Shown: in pieces, positions 9,266-19,593 of the stretch
Layout: each line of letters opens with the position of its first letter
Position numbering within the stretch: position 1 is the stretch's first letter
Source: Chlorobiota bacterium
GTDB lineage: Bacteria > Bacteroidota > Ignavibacteria > Kapaibacteriales > NICIL-2
NCBI GenBank assembly: GCA_026415505.1
Contig: JAOAGY010000009.1
Coordinates: forward strand, 71,818 to 135,817
Direction of reading: 5' to 3'
DNA length: 64,000 bases
Notes under the pieces: generated by a model
Database searches by the model: none
What the model saw: the letters and a program-made list of their open reading frames with translations, nothing else
Told to the model about the DNA's origin: nothing
Position numbers and translations under genes: made by a program

Positions 9266-12200
9266 ATGTATCGAATGTTCCGTGTGCACTGGGCACTGGC
9301 ATTCCTGATCGGAAGTTCAGCAAGTGCTGTGCCAATGGTGCAAGGTTTTATCGAAAACGTCGGGCAGCTACCGTCGGAAGTCCGGTATTACGCACCGCTC
9401 GGCAGTGGAATGCTGTACGTGACCGCACGCGGCTATGGCTACGTTCTCTACCGCCAGCATCTGCGCATGACGCAGAGATTTGCGGCGTCGCGCATCGAGC
9501 TTCGCACGCAGAGCCAGCAGCCGGCTCGCATCGAAGCGACCGATCAACACTTCGCAACACTGAATTTCTACCGGGGCAATGTGCGATACGAGGGTGTGCG
9601 CGTTTTCCGTCGTGTCGTGCTCGGCGAGCTGTTTCCTGGCATTGACGCAGTGCTGACGTACCACCCCAGCGGGCGAATCAAGTGTGACTACATCGTCAGT
9701 GCCGGTTCCGATCCGTCGCGCATCGCATTCAGCGTCGTCGCTGCTGAGCCGAGCATCGGCGAAAGTCAGAAGCTGCACCTTCGGACGTCTCTTGGTACGA
9801 TCGTCGAAGCGGCGCCGGTGTCGTACCAAGACGGACGAACCGTTCGCACACGATACGTCCTCGATGGCACAACGCTTCGGTTCGCGTTCGACGACTTCAT
9901 CACGACTGACGCACCACTGACGATAGACCCCGAAATCGAGTGGTCGAGCTTCATCGGGGGCAGTGCTTCCGATCAAGTCGCACACGTGCGAACCGATCGG
10001 GACCGCAGCATCGTCGTGCTGGGACGAACGCAATCGCTCGACTTCCCCACGCGAATGGGATACACGGCGACCTTGCGTGGCGACTACGACGCGTTCATTG
10101 CCAAATACAGCGCAAGCGGCACATTGCTGTGGGCGACGTACTACGGTGGCTTGCGGCGAGAGATTCACAACCTCGATCACTGCGATTTGGTGATCGCTAC
10201 GAGCGGTAACGTCGTCATCACCGGCTGTACGCAAAGCGACGACCTACCGATGACACCCACTGCGTTTCAACGATCGAAAGCTTCCTCGATGCCCAGTGGT
10301 TACGACCTCTTTCTGGCGGAATTTTCGCCGAACGGACAATTGGTATGGTCGAGCTATTGCGGCGGGCACGACAACGAAGATGCATTCGGTATCGCTACCG
10401 ACAGAACTGGCAATATCTACGTCGCCGGACACACATCTTCCGATGTGCTGCCGATCACAACGCCTGCGACACCGGTCGTTGCTCGTAAGCCGACAGGTTC
10501 ACAGGATGTATTCATCCTCAAATTATCTCCCCAGCGACAGCCGCTGTGGGTGTACTTCATTGGTGGCGCTAACGTCGAAACAGCAACCGACATTGTCACC
10601 GACACCAGGGGCGGAGTTTACGTGTGCGGTTATACGCAAAGTGTGGACTTCCCCACATTCGGAGCTGGTGTGTATCAAAGCATCAAAACTGCTGGCAACG
10701 ACGGTTTCGTCATCAAGCTCGATGGGCTGGGACAATTGCAATGGGCGACGCTTCTCGGGGGCAATGGCGAAGATTACTGCACATCGCTTGCGCTCGACTC
10801 GTCGTTCGATCGGCGCTTGATCGTCGGCGGCACAACGAGCAGCACCGACATGTGGTATCGAGCTGCCGAAGGAAAAACACTCGGCGGCAGTAGCGACGGC
10901 TTCATCGCAGCACTCGATGGACGCAATGGTGCTGGACAATGGGTAGCATATCACGGCGGCACGAATTTCGACGAGCTGACCGCAGTAGCAATAGACCCGA
11001 ACAACTTCATCATCGCGGTCGGTCGAACACTCGGAGAGTATCCAACCAAAGCAGCGCCACAGCCCGACTATCGCGGCGGCGGCGGCGACATCTTCGTCGC
11101 CAAGCTGACACCTGATGGCAAGGTACAGTGGGCGACATACGTCGGTGGAAGCTTCCGTGACCGAGCATCCGACGTCGCAATTGACGGGAACACCAACTTC
11201 GTCGTTGTCGGGCAATCTGCCAGTGCTGATTTTCCGATACTCGGTACGGCTCCACAAGCTCAATTGGGCAATCCATCCGGCATAGACGATGGCGTGCTCG
11301 TCAAGTTCTGCAACATCGTCATTCCGACAGCGATCGTTTCAGGTACGCCAGAGTTCTGTCGCGGAGAATCTCGCATCCTTACGGCAACTGGCAGTAGCTC
11401 CGTGCAATACGACTCGTACCAATGGGAGCTCGGTGGCGTACCGATCTCTGGGGCAACCGAACCGACGTACACGATACCGGCAACGCTCGATTCCGGTACA
11501 TACCGCTACGTCTGTCGTGTTACGAATACGGCTCGATGCCCGGCTGTGACCGATACCATCGTTGTTCGTATCAACCCGCTGCCGACGATCGGCAGTCGGC
11601 AATTTGTGATTTGTTACGGCGATCCGATACGCCTCGATTCGATTCCGATCACTGGTATCGAACCCTTGCGATACCGATGGTCCGGCGAGCCACCACCGGA
11701 CGATCCCACCTCGCGTGCACCATTGGTGCATCCTGCAACGACCACCACGTACACGGTGCATGTCACCGATGCCAATGGCTGCACTGCCGAGCAATCGTTC
11801 ACAGTACTCGTATTGCCGATTTCTCGCTTGCCGATTGCAATCGAGGGTCAGCGCAGTTTCTGTGAGGGCGACTCGGCAATTTTATCGGTACCGAACGATA
11901 TCGGGTCAATACGCTGGAACACAGGCGAGACAACGCCAACGATTACAGTTCGCACCAGTGGACAGTACTTTGCAGTGCTCTCCCTGCCGAGCGGCTGCGA
12001 AGGTTACACCGACACCGTCGCTATTGCCGTCAAAGCGCGTCCGAAACCATCGCTCATATTCGACGGTTCGAAGCTTGCAACGACAGAACGCTTCGATCGG
12101 TACCAGTGGATGCTCGATGATTCGCTCATCGCAGGCGAGACAGCTCCGACGCTCGAACCGCAGCGCAGCGGAAAGTATCGCGTGTTGGTCGAGGCGGACG

Positions 12201-12925
12201 GCTGTAGCGGCATATCCGACCCCCTTGCCGTCGAGCTTTCCGCACAGGTGCATTTGGAAGTCGCTTCTGCAACGGTAGCTATCGGCGAGACGGTGCACAT
12301 CCCGATACAGATGAGCACATCGAGGAGACTCGACCAGCTCGGTATTGGGCAAGGGAGAATCGAGATAACCTACAACGCATCGGTACTGCATCTGCTCCCA
12401 TCGTCATCCGATAGCATCCGCATTGTCGCTTTGCCTCCCGATGCCGACCATACCGCACACGCAACTATCACCACCACCGCCCTTGCCAACGATACGATCG
12501 TTGTCCTGGAGTTCGTCGCTCTGTGGGGGAATGCCGAATCATCCGATGTTGCGATAACACGTGTCTCTTGGGATACTCCCACTGTCACGACAACGTGGCG
12601 CAATGGGACGGTATGGTTGACCGGTTTCTGCAAGGCTGGTACGACTCGATTGTTCGACGACACCGGACAATTCGGCATTCGTACAATTGCACCACAGCCG
12701 AGTCACGATGCAGCCGCTATTGAATTCGTCGCGATCGAAGATTCGCCGCACACTATCGAGATCATCGATGTCGAGGGGAAAGTGCTCCATCGAATTCCAC
12801 TGATTCTACGTGCAGGCAGATACATCACCGCACTCGATGTGAGCATGCTGCCCCAGGGTCGCTATCAGGTTGTGCTCCGCTCGGCAACGATGATCGCCAC
12901 GTCACCCCTTGTGATCGTGCGATGA
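9266..12925 (+). CDS. large secreted SBBP (beta-propeller) repeat protein with Ig-like repeats and a T9SS-type C-terminal sorting domain
   Basis: N-terminal signal peptide (MYRMFRVHWALAFLIGSSASA). It carries repeated SBBP-like units (GGSASD..., YGGLRRE..., GGHDNEDAFGIATD..., GGANVETATDIVTD...), C-terminal Ig-like repeats, and a final ~80 aa resembling a Por secretion tail (...GRYQVVLRSATMIATSPLVIVR). Confidence 0.7.
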   Translation: MYRMFRVHWALAFLIGSSASAVPMVQGFIENVGQLPSEVRYYAPLGSGMLYVTARGYGYVLYRQHLRMTQRFAASRIELRTQSQQPARIEATDQHFATLNFYRGNVRYEGVRVFRRVVLGELFPGIDAVLTYHPSGRIKCDYIVSAGSDPSRIAFSVVAAEPSIGESQKLHLRTSLGTIVEAAPVSYQDGRTVRTRYVLDGTTLRFAFDDFITTDAPLTIDPEIEWSSFIGGSASDQVAHVRTDRDRSIVVLGRTQSLDFPTRMGYTATLRGDYDAFIAKYSASGTLLWATYYGGLRREIHNLDHCDLVIATSGNVVITGCTQSDDLPMTPTAFQRSKASSMPSGYDLFLAEFSPNGQLVWSSYCGGHDNEDAFGIATDRTGNIYVAGHTSSDVLPITTPATPVVARKPTGSQDVFILKLSPQRQPLWVYFIGGANVETATDIVTDTRGGVYVCGYTQSVDFPTFGAGVYQSIKTAGNDGFVIKLDGLGQLQWATLLGGNGEDYCTSLALDSSFDRRLIVGGTTSSTDMWYRAAEGKTLGGSSDGFIAALDGRNGAGQWVAYHGGTNFDELTAVAIDPNNFIIAVGRTLGEYPTKAAPQPDYRGGGGDIFVAKLTPDGKVQWATYVGGSFRDRASDVAIDGNTNFVVVGQSASADFPILGTAPQAQLGNPSGIDDGVLVKFCNIVIPTAIVSGTPEFCRGESRILTATGSSSVQYDSYQWELGGVPISGATEPTYTIPATLDSGTYRYVCRVTNTARCPAVTDTIVVRINPLPTIGSRQFVICYGDPIRLDSIPITGIEPLRYRWSGEPPPDDPTSRAPLVHPATTTTYTVHVTDANGCTAEQSFTVLVLPISRLPIAIEGQRSFCEGDSAILSVPNDIGSIRWNTGETTPTITVRTSGQYFAVLSLPSGCEGYTDTVAIAVKARPKPSLIFDGSKLATTERFDRYQWMLDDSLIAGETAPTLEPQRSGKYRVLVEADGCSGISDPLAVELSAQVHLEVASATVAIGETVHIPIQMSTSRRLDQLGIGQGRIEITYNASVLHLLPSSSDSIRIVALPPDADHTAHATITTTALANDTIVVLEFVALWGNAESSDVAITRVSWDTPTVTTTWRNGTVWLTGFCKAGTTRLFDDTGQFGIRTIAPQPSHDAAAIEFVAIEDSPHTIEIIDVEGKVLHRIPLILRAGRYITALDVSMLPQGRYQVVLRSATMIATSPLVIVR

Positions 12926-14898
12926 AGCGGTACGTATTCCTCAGCGTAGCGATACTGACCGCTGCAAGCACGATGTCGCAACCGTTGCGCGTCGGTATTG
13001 TTTTCGATGCAGGCACGGACTTTCACATTACCGAGTTCCAATCTCTGCCGGGAACGTTCAGTTGCTCTCCGGGCTTTTCGACGAGCGTCGGACACGTATG
13101 GGAAATTGGAACGACAGCAATGATACCGCAGCTTGCCACAGCTATCGGATTGCCGAGTGTAGTCGTGCCGACATTTCGGCTCAGCTACGATCGAGCGTCG
13201 GTTCAGTTTACTGCACGCGAGCATCAACCGATTGCGCTCGATGCATCTGTTTCGACCGCGACGATCGAGCATCGTGCATCTGTCGAATTCTCGCGCACCA
13301 AGTTGACGATCGGCGCAAGCACGCATGTCGCCGACAACCTGTACATCGAGGCTGGACTGTGGGCTGCATATGCATTCGTTGCACCGTTCGAGCAGGGAGA
13401 ATATCTGGTAGAACCATCCGATAGAGGGCGATTCGCCGAGACAGGTACCCGAACGCGGAACGTCGTACACGGGCAATTCACCGCACGAGCACCGTTCCAA
13501 TTCGGAGCAACAGCGGTAGCTGGATGGAATGTTGCGCGAATCGGTCGCACCACCATTCGACCAGAGGCAAGTATCTCGCTACCGCTAACATCTGCTGTGA
13601 CCGGATTGTCCTGGCGCACCTTTTCCGCTCGCGCCGGTATAGCGCTGTTGCTTCCACTGCCGGAACGCGTATCGCCTTCTGAACAGCGCACCGATCCGCC
13701 ACCATACGTCCCGAACAACGAGCCTACCGAGCTTACACGACCAGAACAGCCGACACTCAGACTCGATGTTGATTTTGTAGCGATGGACAGTTCGGGTAGG
13801 CTCGTTCCTGTCGATAGCGTCACGGTTGTGACTCGAAAGCGACAAATCATTCGTCCCTTGCTACCATATGTGTTTTTCGACGAAGGAAGCTCGACGTTAC
13901 CATCGCGCTATGTACGCCTGGAGCCACCTGCTACGGCGACATTTGACGAATCCATCGTTGCGGGACAATCCACACTGGAAGCGTACTACAACTTGCTCAA
14001 CATTATCGGTGCGCGGATGAGGCGCATGCCGGACGCAGTGTTGACCATAACTGGTTGCACGATGGGTGTCGGCAGCGAAAGCAATCGCCTCGATCTCGCA
14101 CTCGAGCGCGCCAAAAGCATTCGCGACTACTTGCACGACGTGTGGGCAATTGACACCGCACGGCTTCGGCTCGTAGCTCGAAACTTGCCGGCACACCCTT
14201 CATTTGTCGGGCATCCCGATGGCAATGCCGAGAATGCACGAGCTGAGCTATCGAGTACCTCCGCGGCATTGCTCGAGCCGATTGTCGGTACGGACGAGGA
14301 GTACATCGTGTCTCCAGCGAGCGTCTTTGTCCGGATGCACAGCAATGTGTACCGACTCGATCAGTGGCGGTGGCGTGTCGTAAGCGGGCAAACGACACTC
14401 GCAGAGCAACGATACCACGGCAAGATACCATCGCTTGTTCGGTTGTCGGTACCGTGGCAATCCATCGCTGGCGATACTGTTCGGGTCGAGTTGGAAGGCA
14501 TCATCACAGCCTCATCATCGGTCGCAGGCGATGTTTTGACGATTCACCGTCGGTCGGAATCGGCGCGAGCAGACATCGAGCAATACAGCTTGATCCTGTT
14601 CGATTTCGACGACGCCACCATTCCCTCGTCCCAACAGCCGATGCTCGATTCGATCCGACGACGTATCGAGCCCGACACACGAGTTCGCATTACGGGCTAT
14701 ACCGATAGACTTGGAGATGCGGAACACAATCAGCGACTGGCAGAACGTCGGGCAACGGCAGTCGCACGCGCATTGGGTGTATCGTCTTCTGCGTCGATTC
14801 GTGCCGAGGGCAGCCGCACGTTGCTCTACGACAACTCGCTCCCGGAGGGTCGGTTCTACAGTCGGACGATTCAGATCGAACTCGATCATCGCCGATGA
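12922..14898 (+). CDS. outer membrane protein with N-terminal beta-barrel-like region and two OmpA-like peptidoglycan-binding domains
   Basis: Signal peptide MKRYVFLSVAILTAAS. The C-terminal OmpA signature is ...ILFDFDDATI...VRITGYTDRLGDAEHNQRLAERRATAV... A second internal OmpA-like region is present (FFDEGSSTLP...TITGCTMGVGSESNRLDLALERAKSI). Start overlaps the upstream stop (ATGA 12922-12925). Confidence 0.7.
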   Translation: MKRYVFLSVAILTAASTMSQPLRVGIVFDAGTDFHITEFQSLPGTFSCSPGFSTSVGHVWEIGTTAMIPQLATAIGLPSVVVPTFRLSYDRASVQFTAREHQPIALDASVSTATIEHRASVEFSRTKLTIGASTHVADNLYIEAGLWAAYAFVAPFEQGEYLVEPSDRGRFAETGTRTRNVVHGQFTARAPFQFGATAVAGWNVARIGRTTIRPEASISLPLTSAVTGLSWRTFSARAGIALLLPLPERVSPSEQRTDPPPYVPNNEPTELTRPEQPTLRLDVDFVAMDSSGRLVPVDSVTVVTRKRQIIRPLLPYVFFDEGSSTLPSRYVRLEPPATATFDESIVAGQSTLEAYYNLLNIIGARMRRMPDAVLTITGCTMGVGSESNRLDLALERAKSIRDYLHDVWAIDTARLRLVARNLPAHPSFVGHPDGNAENARAELSSTSAALLEPIVGTDEEYIVSPASVFVRMHSNVYRLDQWRWRVVSGQTTLAEQRYHGKIPSLVRLSVPWQSIAGDTVRVELEGIITASSSVAGDVLTIHRRSESARADIEQYSLILFDFDDATIPSSQQPMLDSIRRRIEPDTRVRITGYTDRLGDAEHNQRLAERRATAVARALGVSSSASIRAEGSRTLLYDNSLPEGRFYSRTIQIELDHRR

Positions 14899-16208
14899 AC
14901 CACATCGCTCTCCGTCCCACTACTGTGCTTCGGCTGTGGGTACCGTTAGCACTGACCTGGGCGATGATGTCGCTCGAAGGTCCGATTCTCCAAAGCGTCG
15001 TATCGCGTCTTCCAGATGCAGCGACAAATTTGGCTGCATTCGGAGTTGCCATCGGCATCGCCTTCGTCGTCGAATCTCCCATTATCATGTTGCTGAGTGC
15101 AAGCACCGCCTACGTCAAGGGGGCGGAAAGTTATCGTGTCGTTCATCGCGTGTCGCTGGGTCTATCGCTCGCTGTAACGATCGCAATGCTTCTGCTGGTG
15201 TTTCCGCCCGTGTACGCATTGATTGCCACTTCGATTCTGGCACTACCTCCACATATCGCCGAGCGTGTTCAGCATTGCCTCATCGCACTCGTATTCTGGC
15301 CCGGCGCGATCGGTATTCGTCGCTTCTATCAGGGCGTTATCATTCGCGCACGGATGAACCGATATATCGCCTTCGGTACGATGTTTCGACTGGCGACAAT
15401 TCTCGCTGGCGGCATTGCGCTACTGGCGAGCACCGGTACCAAAAGCGCCGTCGTTGCTGCAGCGATACTTGGTAGCGCCGTTGCCATCGAAACGATCGCG
15501 ACATGGTTCATGGCTCGCCGCGCAGTTCGACTGACTCTGGAGACAACCGACCCCGACAACTACAACCTGACAGCACTACGGCTGCTGCGATTGTACACAC
15601 CACTGGCGCTAACGAGTATCATTGCGATGGGGCTCGGTCCGGTCTTGGTTGGGTTTATGAGCCGCTTTCCTGCTGCGATCGTGTCGCTGGCAGTGTATCC
15701 TGTTGTGGACGGTCTTGTGTTTCAGTTCCGCGCTCCCTTGTTCGCATACCAGGAATTGGCGATCTCACTATTTGCAACACACGGTTTCCTCGATCGGACG
15801 ATTGCACGAACGGGATATGGGATAGCTGCATTTGCAACCGTTGTCTTGGTGCTCATCACGTTCACACCGATGGCTGACTTCGTGTACGGGACGTTCCCGT
15901 ATCGGCTCGACGTATCATCGGTCGGAGTAGCGACAATTGCAACAGCGATACTCTTGCCTCTCCCGCTTGTGAGCGCAGTGTATTCAATCCACCGCGCAGC
16001 ATTGATCGTAGCTCACCATCCGGAACAGGTTACGTATTCGACCCTCGTCGAGGCAGTGGTTACCGTCGTTGTCGCTGGTCTTTTCGCTGTTGCTCGGGTA
16101 CCGATTGTCGGAGTTTACGCTATTGCTGGAGCACTCACGATCGGGAAGCTTGCTGCCTCTGTTCAGCTTTGGTCTGCAACGAGCCGTTACCTTTCGCGGC
16201 GAGGCTGA
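14895..16208 (+). CDS. polytopic membrane protein, MATE-like / MOP flippase superfamily
   Basis: About 12 predicted TM helices. The N-terminal pattern LALTWAMMSLEGPILQSVVSRLPDAATNLAAFGVAIGIAFVV resembles MATE transporter N-termini. Start overlaps the upstream stop (ATGA 14895-14898). Confidence 0.5.
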   Translation: MNHIALRPTTVLRLWVPLALTWAMMSLEGPILQSVVSRLPDAATNLAAFGVAIGIAFVVESPIIMLLSASTAYVKGAESYRVVHRVSLGLSLAVTIAMLLLVFPPVYALIATSILALPPHIAERVQHCLIALVFWPGAIGIRRFYQGVIIRARMNRYIAFGTMFRLATILAGGIALLASTGTKSAVVAAAILGSAVAIETIATWFMARRAVRLTLETTDPDNYNLTALRLLRLYTPLALTSIIAMGLGPVLVGFMSRFPAAIVSLAVYPVVDGLVFQFRAPLFAYQELAISLFATHGFLDRTIARTGYGIAAFATVVLVLITFTPMADFVYGTFPYRLDVSSVGVATIATAILLPLPLVSAVYSIHRAALIVAHHPEQVTYSTLVEAVVTVVVAGLFAVARVPIVGVYAIAGALTIGKLAASVQLWSATSRYLSRRG

Positions 16209-18091
16209 GTGAACGCAGTGTACACATCGCGCAGTGTTGCGGCTCGAATCGGATCGAGTGTGACCAGTTCTTCGATCTGGCGCGAGCAGAGATGGAGCGC
16301 ACCGCTTTTGAGCGCGACGTAACCGTACCGGAATCGCAAGTCTCCCGAATCGGGATACCGCTCGATTGCATCCTCGTAAAGTTCGAGTGCACGACTATAG
16401 AGGTGGCGCGACTCGAGGAATTTTCCGAGCGTCAAATACAGCGTTTCGCCTTGGTCCGGGCGGAGTTGGAGCACGCGTCCGATGTGTTGCTTGGCGGCAT
16501 TGTAGCGACCCAATGCAAGCTGCGTTTCAGCCATCGCTATGTGTGCGGCGACATGATCCGGTATCGCAGATAGCACTTGCTTGAGCGCATAGATTGCCTG
16601 AGCATACTCTCCCTGTTTGCGCCAAAGCTGGCTGATCGTCAACCAAGCATCGGTACAGTTCGGATCGCGCTGCAACGCCGCTGTAAGACTCGTGAGTGCA
16701 TCGGCTTCGTTACCCAATTCGAGCAAACACCGCGCGTGAAGGTAGTACGGTTCGCCTGCATCCGGTGCCAGCTCGATCATGCGCACAGCATCAGCCAACG
16801 CCAGCTCTGGACGTTTCGCGCGTAGATACAGCCAGCATCGCCCGCGCCACGATGCAAGGTCGTTCCGATCCAGATCGAGAGCAGCAGTGAATTGAGCGAT
16901 AGCACCGGCAATATCGCCAAGCTCACTGAGCACTGTCCCCAACCCACGGTATGCCTCGACCGAGGGCTGCCGCCGGATGCTCTCCTCGAACGACGATTGC
17001 GCATCCAAATAGTGATGCTGTCGGAGGCTGACGACACCTTTTGCATAATGCAACCATGGGTTGTCGGGATTGGCAAGGAGACACTCGTCGATTCTGCGAT
17101 TGAGCGCCTCGCTCGCCGAAGCGTGCTCTACGATAGCGAGAATCATCTCGACATCGGACCGGGGCGAATCGCCCGCGAGCAATTCCCCTGCAAGAGCGGC
17201 TGCATCATCCCACTGCTCGGTTTCGACGAGTGTTGCGACGAGCTGACGCCGACACTCGATATCCTGGGGCATCCCGTTGAACGCTATCCGCAAATGTTGC
17301 AGCGCCGCAACATGATGCCCGATGTTCCGCTCGATCGTACCGAGCCGCAGATGAGTTTGGTATCGTTCCGGCGCGATACTGAGCGCCTCACGATATGCTT
17401 GCAAAGCATTGCTGGTTTCGCCGAGCGATTCGAAGCAGACGCCCAACCAATGATAGACATCTGCATTGCGCGGCTGAGATTGCAAGCGACGATTGAGATA
17501 CTCGATCGCTTCGCGATAACGACCGACCGCCGTCAACACCTCTGCTGCGTGAACGTGCCCGTACGGGAAGTCCGCTTGCAATTCATAGAGCAAGCGGTAC
17601 TGCTCGGCGGAATCTTCCCAGCGTCGCCGTTGGCGATACAGTTCGGCTCTGGCGTAGAGAAAAATGCTGTCGTTGCGATGATGTGCAGCGAGCTGCTCGA
17701 TGAGAGCATCGGAACGGCTGATTTCCTGCATCGCAGCGATGTGTACAGCTCTGAGCGCGGCGAACGGCATATGTGCCGTTGCTTCTTGAGGCAATCGCTC
17801 CAGAAGCCTGCCGAGTATGTCGAAGCGCTCGTTCTCGATGGCATAGCACGCAAGCATCAGCGCAGCGACGTCGGAATCCGGATCGAGTTTTGTCGCAGCT
17901 TCGGCAAATTCGATAGCACGATCGTTCTCCCCTCGGCGCCAATGGTATGCTGCACGATCGAGCAGAGTGGCGCACTTGTCGTGTGACGCACCACCGGATG
18001 GCACAACAAAGTACACCGCTCCGTCATCACCTCGACGGAAAAATCGCTGGAGAAGTCTGCTTCGTGCAGCCATTCGATGACCACATTCCAT
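16187..18091 (-). CDS. tetratricopeptide repeat (TPR) protein, cytoplasmic
   Basis: Multiple TPR-like units throughout. Start placed at the ATG 18089-18091 (MECGHRMAARS...); the ORF-track start at 18223 is also possible. Convergent with the MATE-like gene (22-nt overlap). Confidence 0.55.
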   Translation of the reverse strand: MECGHRMAARSRLLQRFFRRGDDGAVYFVVPSGGASHDKCATLLDRAAYHWRRGENDRAIEFAEAATKLDPDSDVAALMLACYAIENERFDILGRLLERLPQEATAHMPFAALRAVHIAAMQEISRSDALIEQLAAHHRNDSIFLYARAELYRQRRRWEDSAEQYRLLYELQADFPYGHVHAAEVLTAVGRYREAIEYLNRRLQSQPRNADVYHWLGVCFESLGETSNALQAYREALSIAPERYQTHLRLGTIERNIGHHVAALQHLRIAFNGMPQDIECRRQLVATLVETEQWDDAAALAGELLAGDSPRSDVEMILAIVEHASASEALNRRIDECLLANPDNPWLHYAKGVVSLRQHHYLDAQSSFEESIRRQPSVEAYRGLGTVLSELGDIAGAIAQFTAALDLDRNDLASWRGRCWLYLRAKRPELALADAVRMIELAPDAGEPYYLHARCLLELGNEADALTSLTAALQRDPNCTDAWLTISQLWRKQGEYAQAIYALKQVLSAIPDHVAAHIAMAETQLALGRYNAAKQHIGRVLQLRPDQGETLYLTLGKFLESRHLYSRALELYEDAIERYPDSGDLRFRYGYVALKSGALHLCSRQIEELVTLDPIRAATLRDVYTAFTQPRRER

Positions 18092-18181
18092 TGAATCGAA
18101 CCTGTGCAAAGTATCGGCAGGCTTCGAAGGGGACTTGAGAACGCTCGTAGTTTTGTGCCGCACGTCTGGATAAAGGACAAC

Positions 18182-19591
18182 ATGCAGCGCTTGCACCCAC
18201 TTGCAACGGTCCAGCCACAGCATTCTCTGCCCACAGGCTCACTGCGATGCACCGTTGTCGGCGCACGGCGAAGCGGATTGGCGGCTTCGTTGTTAGCAGC
18301 AGAACTTGGCTGGGATGTTTTTCTCACCGAAATCGAAGAGCTCGATCCAGCCTCGGTCGAACCGGCACTGTCGCACCCGCGCATCACAATCGAGCTGGGC
18401 ACCCATACCATCGAACGGGCAGTCGAGACCGATGTCGTGATTGTCTCGCCTGGCATTCCACCGTCGGCACCAATCGTCACACATGCTCGCGATCGCGGCA
18501 TTCCCGTCATCGGCGAATTGGAATTCGCCAGTCGGTACACTCGCTCTCCCATCATCGCGATCACGGGGACGAATGGGAAAACGACGACAACTGCTCTAAC
18601 GGCACACATTCTTCGATCGGCAGGCTACGACGCTGTCGCCTGCGGGAACATCGGACTGCCTCTGTCCGACGTTGTACGCCGTGATCTGGAGCAACTTCCG
18701 TCTCGTCGAATTTATATCGTCGAAGCCAGTTCGTATCAGCTCGTCTGGACCGATATGTTTCACCCCGCCGTCGCTGTGATCTTGAACATCACCCCCGACC
18801 ATTTGGCATATCACGGCTCGATGGAGGAATACGTCCGTGCCAAGTGGAGAATTTTTCGCAATCAGACGCACGACGATGTACTAATTTTGTGCGCCGACGA
18901 TCCCTATGCAGCAGGGGCATCGCGGCATGCTCGGTCGCGCATCGAATGGTTCAGCATGCATCCTGTCGCAGCAGGGATGTATATGCGAGGCGACGATGAG
19001 AGCATCGTCCTGGTCAGCAGCACAACGGAGGTAAAACTGATGCACACCTGCGAGCTTTCTCTCCGCGGCAGGCACAACGTGTACAACTCGATGGCTGCCG
19101 CGCTCGCTGCCCGCGCATTCGAAGTGACCAACGAAAATCTCCGCGACAGTCTCGTCTCGTTCGCAGGCGTCGAACATCGCCTCGAGCACGTGCGCATCGT
19201 GCGTGGCGTCGAGTACGTCAACGACTCGAAGGCGACGAACGTCAACGCGACGTGGTATGCACTCCAAGCGTTCGAACGACCGATCGTATTGGTGCTCGGC
19301 GGGCGCGGTGAGTCGAACGACTATTCGATACTCGACGATCTTGTGCGCCAGCGATGCCGTTGCATCATCGCCTTCGGGGAAGAAGCCGAGACGATTTTCA
19401 ATCACTTCAGCTCGACGGTCAGATGCATTCGCGTCGAGACGCTCGCAGAAGCGGTTCACTCTGCCCACGACGCTGCCGAATCGGGCGATGTCGTCTTGTT
19501 TTCTCCAGCGTGTAAGTCGTTCGATCAGTTCATCAATTTCGAACATCGCGGCACGGTCTTCAAGGAACTCGTCTATCAGCTCCCCGACTGA
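18182..19591 (+). CDS. murD: UDP-N-acetylmuramoylalanine--D-glutamate ligase MurD
   Basis: Mur ligase motifs (ITGTNGKTTTT, DHLAYHGSMEEY, LGGRGE). ATG at 18182, preceded by AAGGA. Confidence 0.9.
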   Translation: MQRLHPLATVQPQHSLPTGSLRCTVVGARRSGLAASLLAAELGWDVFLTEIEELDPASVEPALSHPRITIELGTHTIERAVETDVVIVSPGIPPSAPIVTHARDRGIPVIGELEFASRYTRSPIIAITGTNGKTTTTALTAHILRSAGYDAVACGNIGLPLSDVVRRDLEQLPSRRIYIVEASSYQLVWTDMFHPAVAVILNITPDHLAYHGSMEEYVRAKWRIFRNQTHDDVLILCADDPYAAGASRHARSRIEWFSMHPVAAGMYMRGDDESIVLVSSTTEVKLMHTCELSLRGRHNVYNSMAAALAARAFEVTNENLRDSLVSFAGVEHRLEHVRIVRGVEYVNDSKATNVNATWYALQAFERPIVLVLGGRGESNDYSILDDLVRQRCRCIIAFGEEAETIFNHFSSTVRCIRVETLAEAVHSAHDAAESGDVVLFSPACKSFDQFINFEHRGTVFKELVYQLPD

Positions 19592-19593
19592 TC

